From a bacterium (GTDB lineage: Bacteria > J088 > JAWLBW01), in contig JAWLHK010000007.1 in assembly GCA_041690355.1 (NCBI GenBank), positions 183,122 to 238,196 on the forward strand: DNA of 55,075 nt, read 5' to 3'. Made by a program: the position numbers and the translations under genes. The notes under the pieces are model-generated. The model had not been told where the DNA came from and did no database searches. It saw only the letters and a program-made list of their open reading frames with translations. This document shows positions 54,680 through 55,075 of this stretch, one piece after another (positions within the stretch are counted from its first letter, which is position 1; the number at the start of each line of letters is the position of its first letter).

Positions 54680-54710
54680 TTTACAATTTACGATTGACGA
54701 TTGACGATTT
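54678..54710. repeat. Heptamer array GATT(T/G)AC
   Basis: GATTTAC AATTTAC GATTGAC GATTGAC GATTT, starting at the stop codon. Confidence 0.8.
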
Positions 54711-54742
54711 GGGGGCAAATCAGGATTGACGAGTGACAAAGT

Positions 54743-55075
54743 CCGTTCGTGTCGAGCCGCCGGTCGAAGGCAGCGCCGGAAGCGACGGCGAGACAGGCAC
54801 ATGGATACCCAGGCGCGACCCCTCGCTGTCGCGCTCCTTTCCATTTCGCGCCGTCAGCTCGGGACGAACGGGAGGGGAAGCGCCGAGCGCTGAGCGCTGA
54901 GCACCGAGGAAGCGGGAAACCGTTCGTGTCGAGCCGACTGCTGAAGGCAGCGCCGGAGACGACGGCGAGACAGGCGCATGGATACCCAGGCGCGACCCCT
55001 CGCTGTCGCGCTCCTTTCCATTTCGCGCCGTCAGCTCGGGACGAACGGGAGGGGAAGCGCCGAGCGCTGAGCGCT
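54743..55075. repeat. Tandem 177-bp REP-like units (129-bp palindrome-ended core plus GCGCTGA heptamers)
   Basis: Cores at 54743-54871 and 54920-55048, ends CCGTTCGTGTCGAGC / GCTCGGGACGAACGG. Runs off the window edge. Confidence 0.88.

Noticed and set aside
34734-55075. Integrative element or prophage at tRNA-Asn
   Set aside because: No integrase, phage genes or duplicated tRNA 3' end were seen within the window.

Overview
This is a GC-rich (roughly two-thirds G+C by eye) bacterial chromosome segment with a 100-N scaffold gap at 38331-38430. The gene content suggests a Myxococcota or other delta-proteobacterial lineage (inference): a Ser/Thr kinase-PEGA protein, an FHA-GAF-sigma54 activator, many lipoproteins, and a tail-less DnaK next to dnaJ. 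Positions 1-34.8 kb hold mostly housekeeping and metabolic genes: dnaK (3' part), dnaJ, a ferritin-like gene, acyl-CoA dehydrogenase, ccr, miaE, a carboxylesterase, a dciA-like gene, mpg, a kinase/sigma54 signalling operon, EVE, ferredoxin, gyrB, cvrA, bcp, WS/DGAT, TatT, a thioesterase, TetR, gdhA and tRNA-Asn. Downstream of the tRNA the region looks accessory. It carries a Phd antitoxin with a doubly frameshifted ParE/RelE toxin, csbD, mltF, a cupin, an unusual arsenic operon (arsR-osmC-acr3-arsC::VOC), a desaturase, a diheme cytochrome c, pirin, usp, a four-helix-bundle gene, an Smr fusion, mce and an Omp85-family gene. The most striking unexplained structure is a set of intergenic 7-bp-period repeat arrays of different sequences that bracket genes. 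One of these families forms 33-bp direct repeats and about 40-bp inverted repeats around a four-helix-bundle (IVP/Avd-like) gene. An apparently 'empty' copy of the same site lies beside it, with a stranded, diverged copy of the neighbouring gene's 3' end. This is a candidate undescribed mini mobile cassette system. All calls come from reading the sequence; no searches were run.
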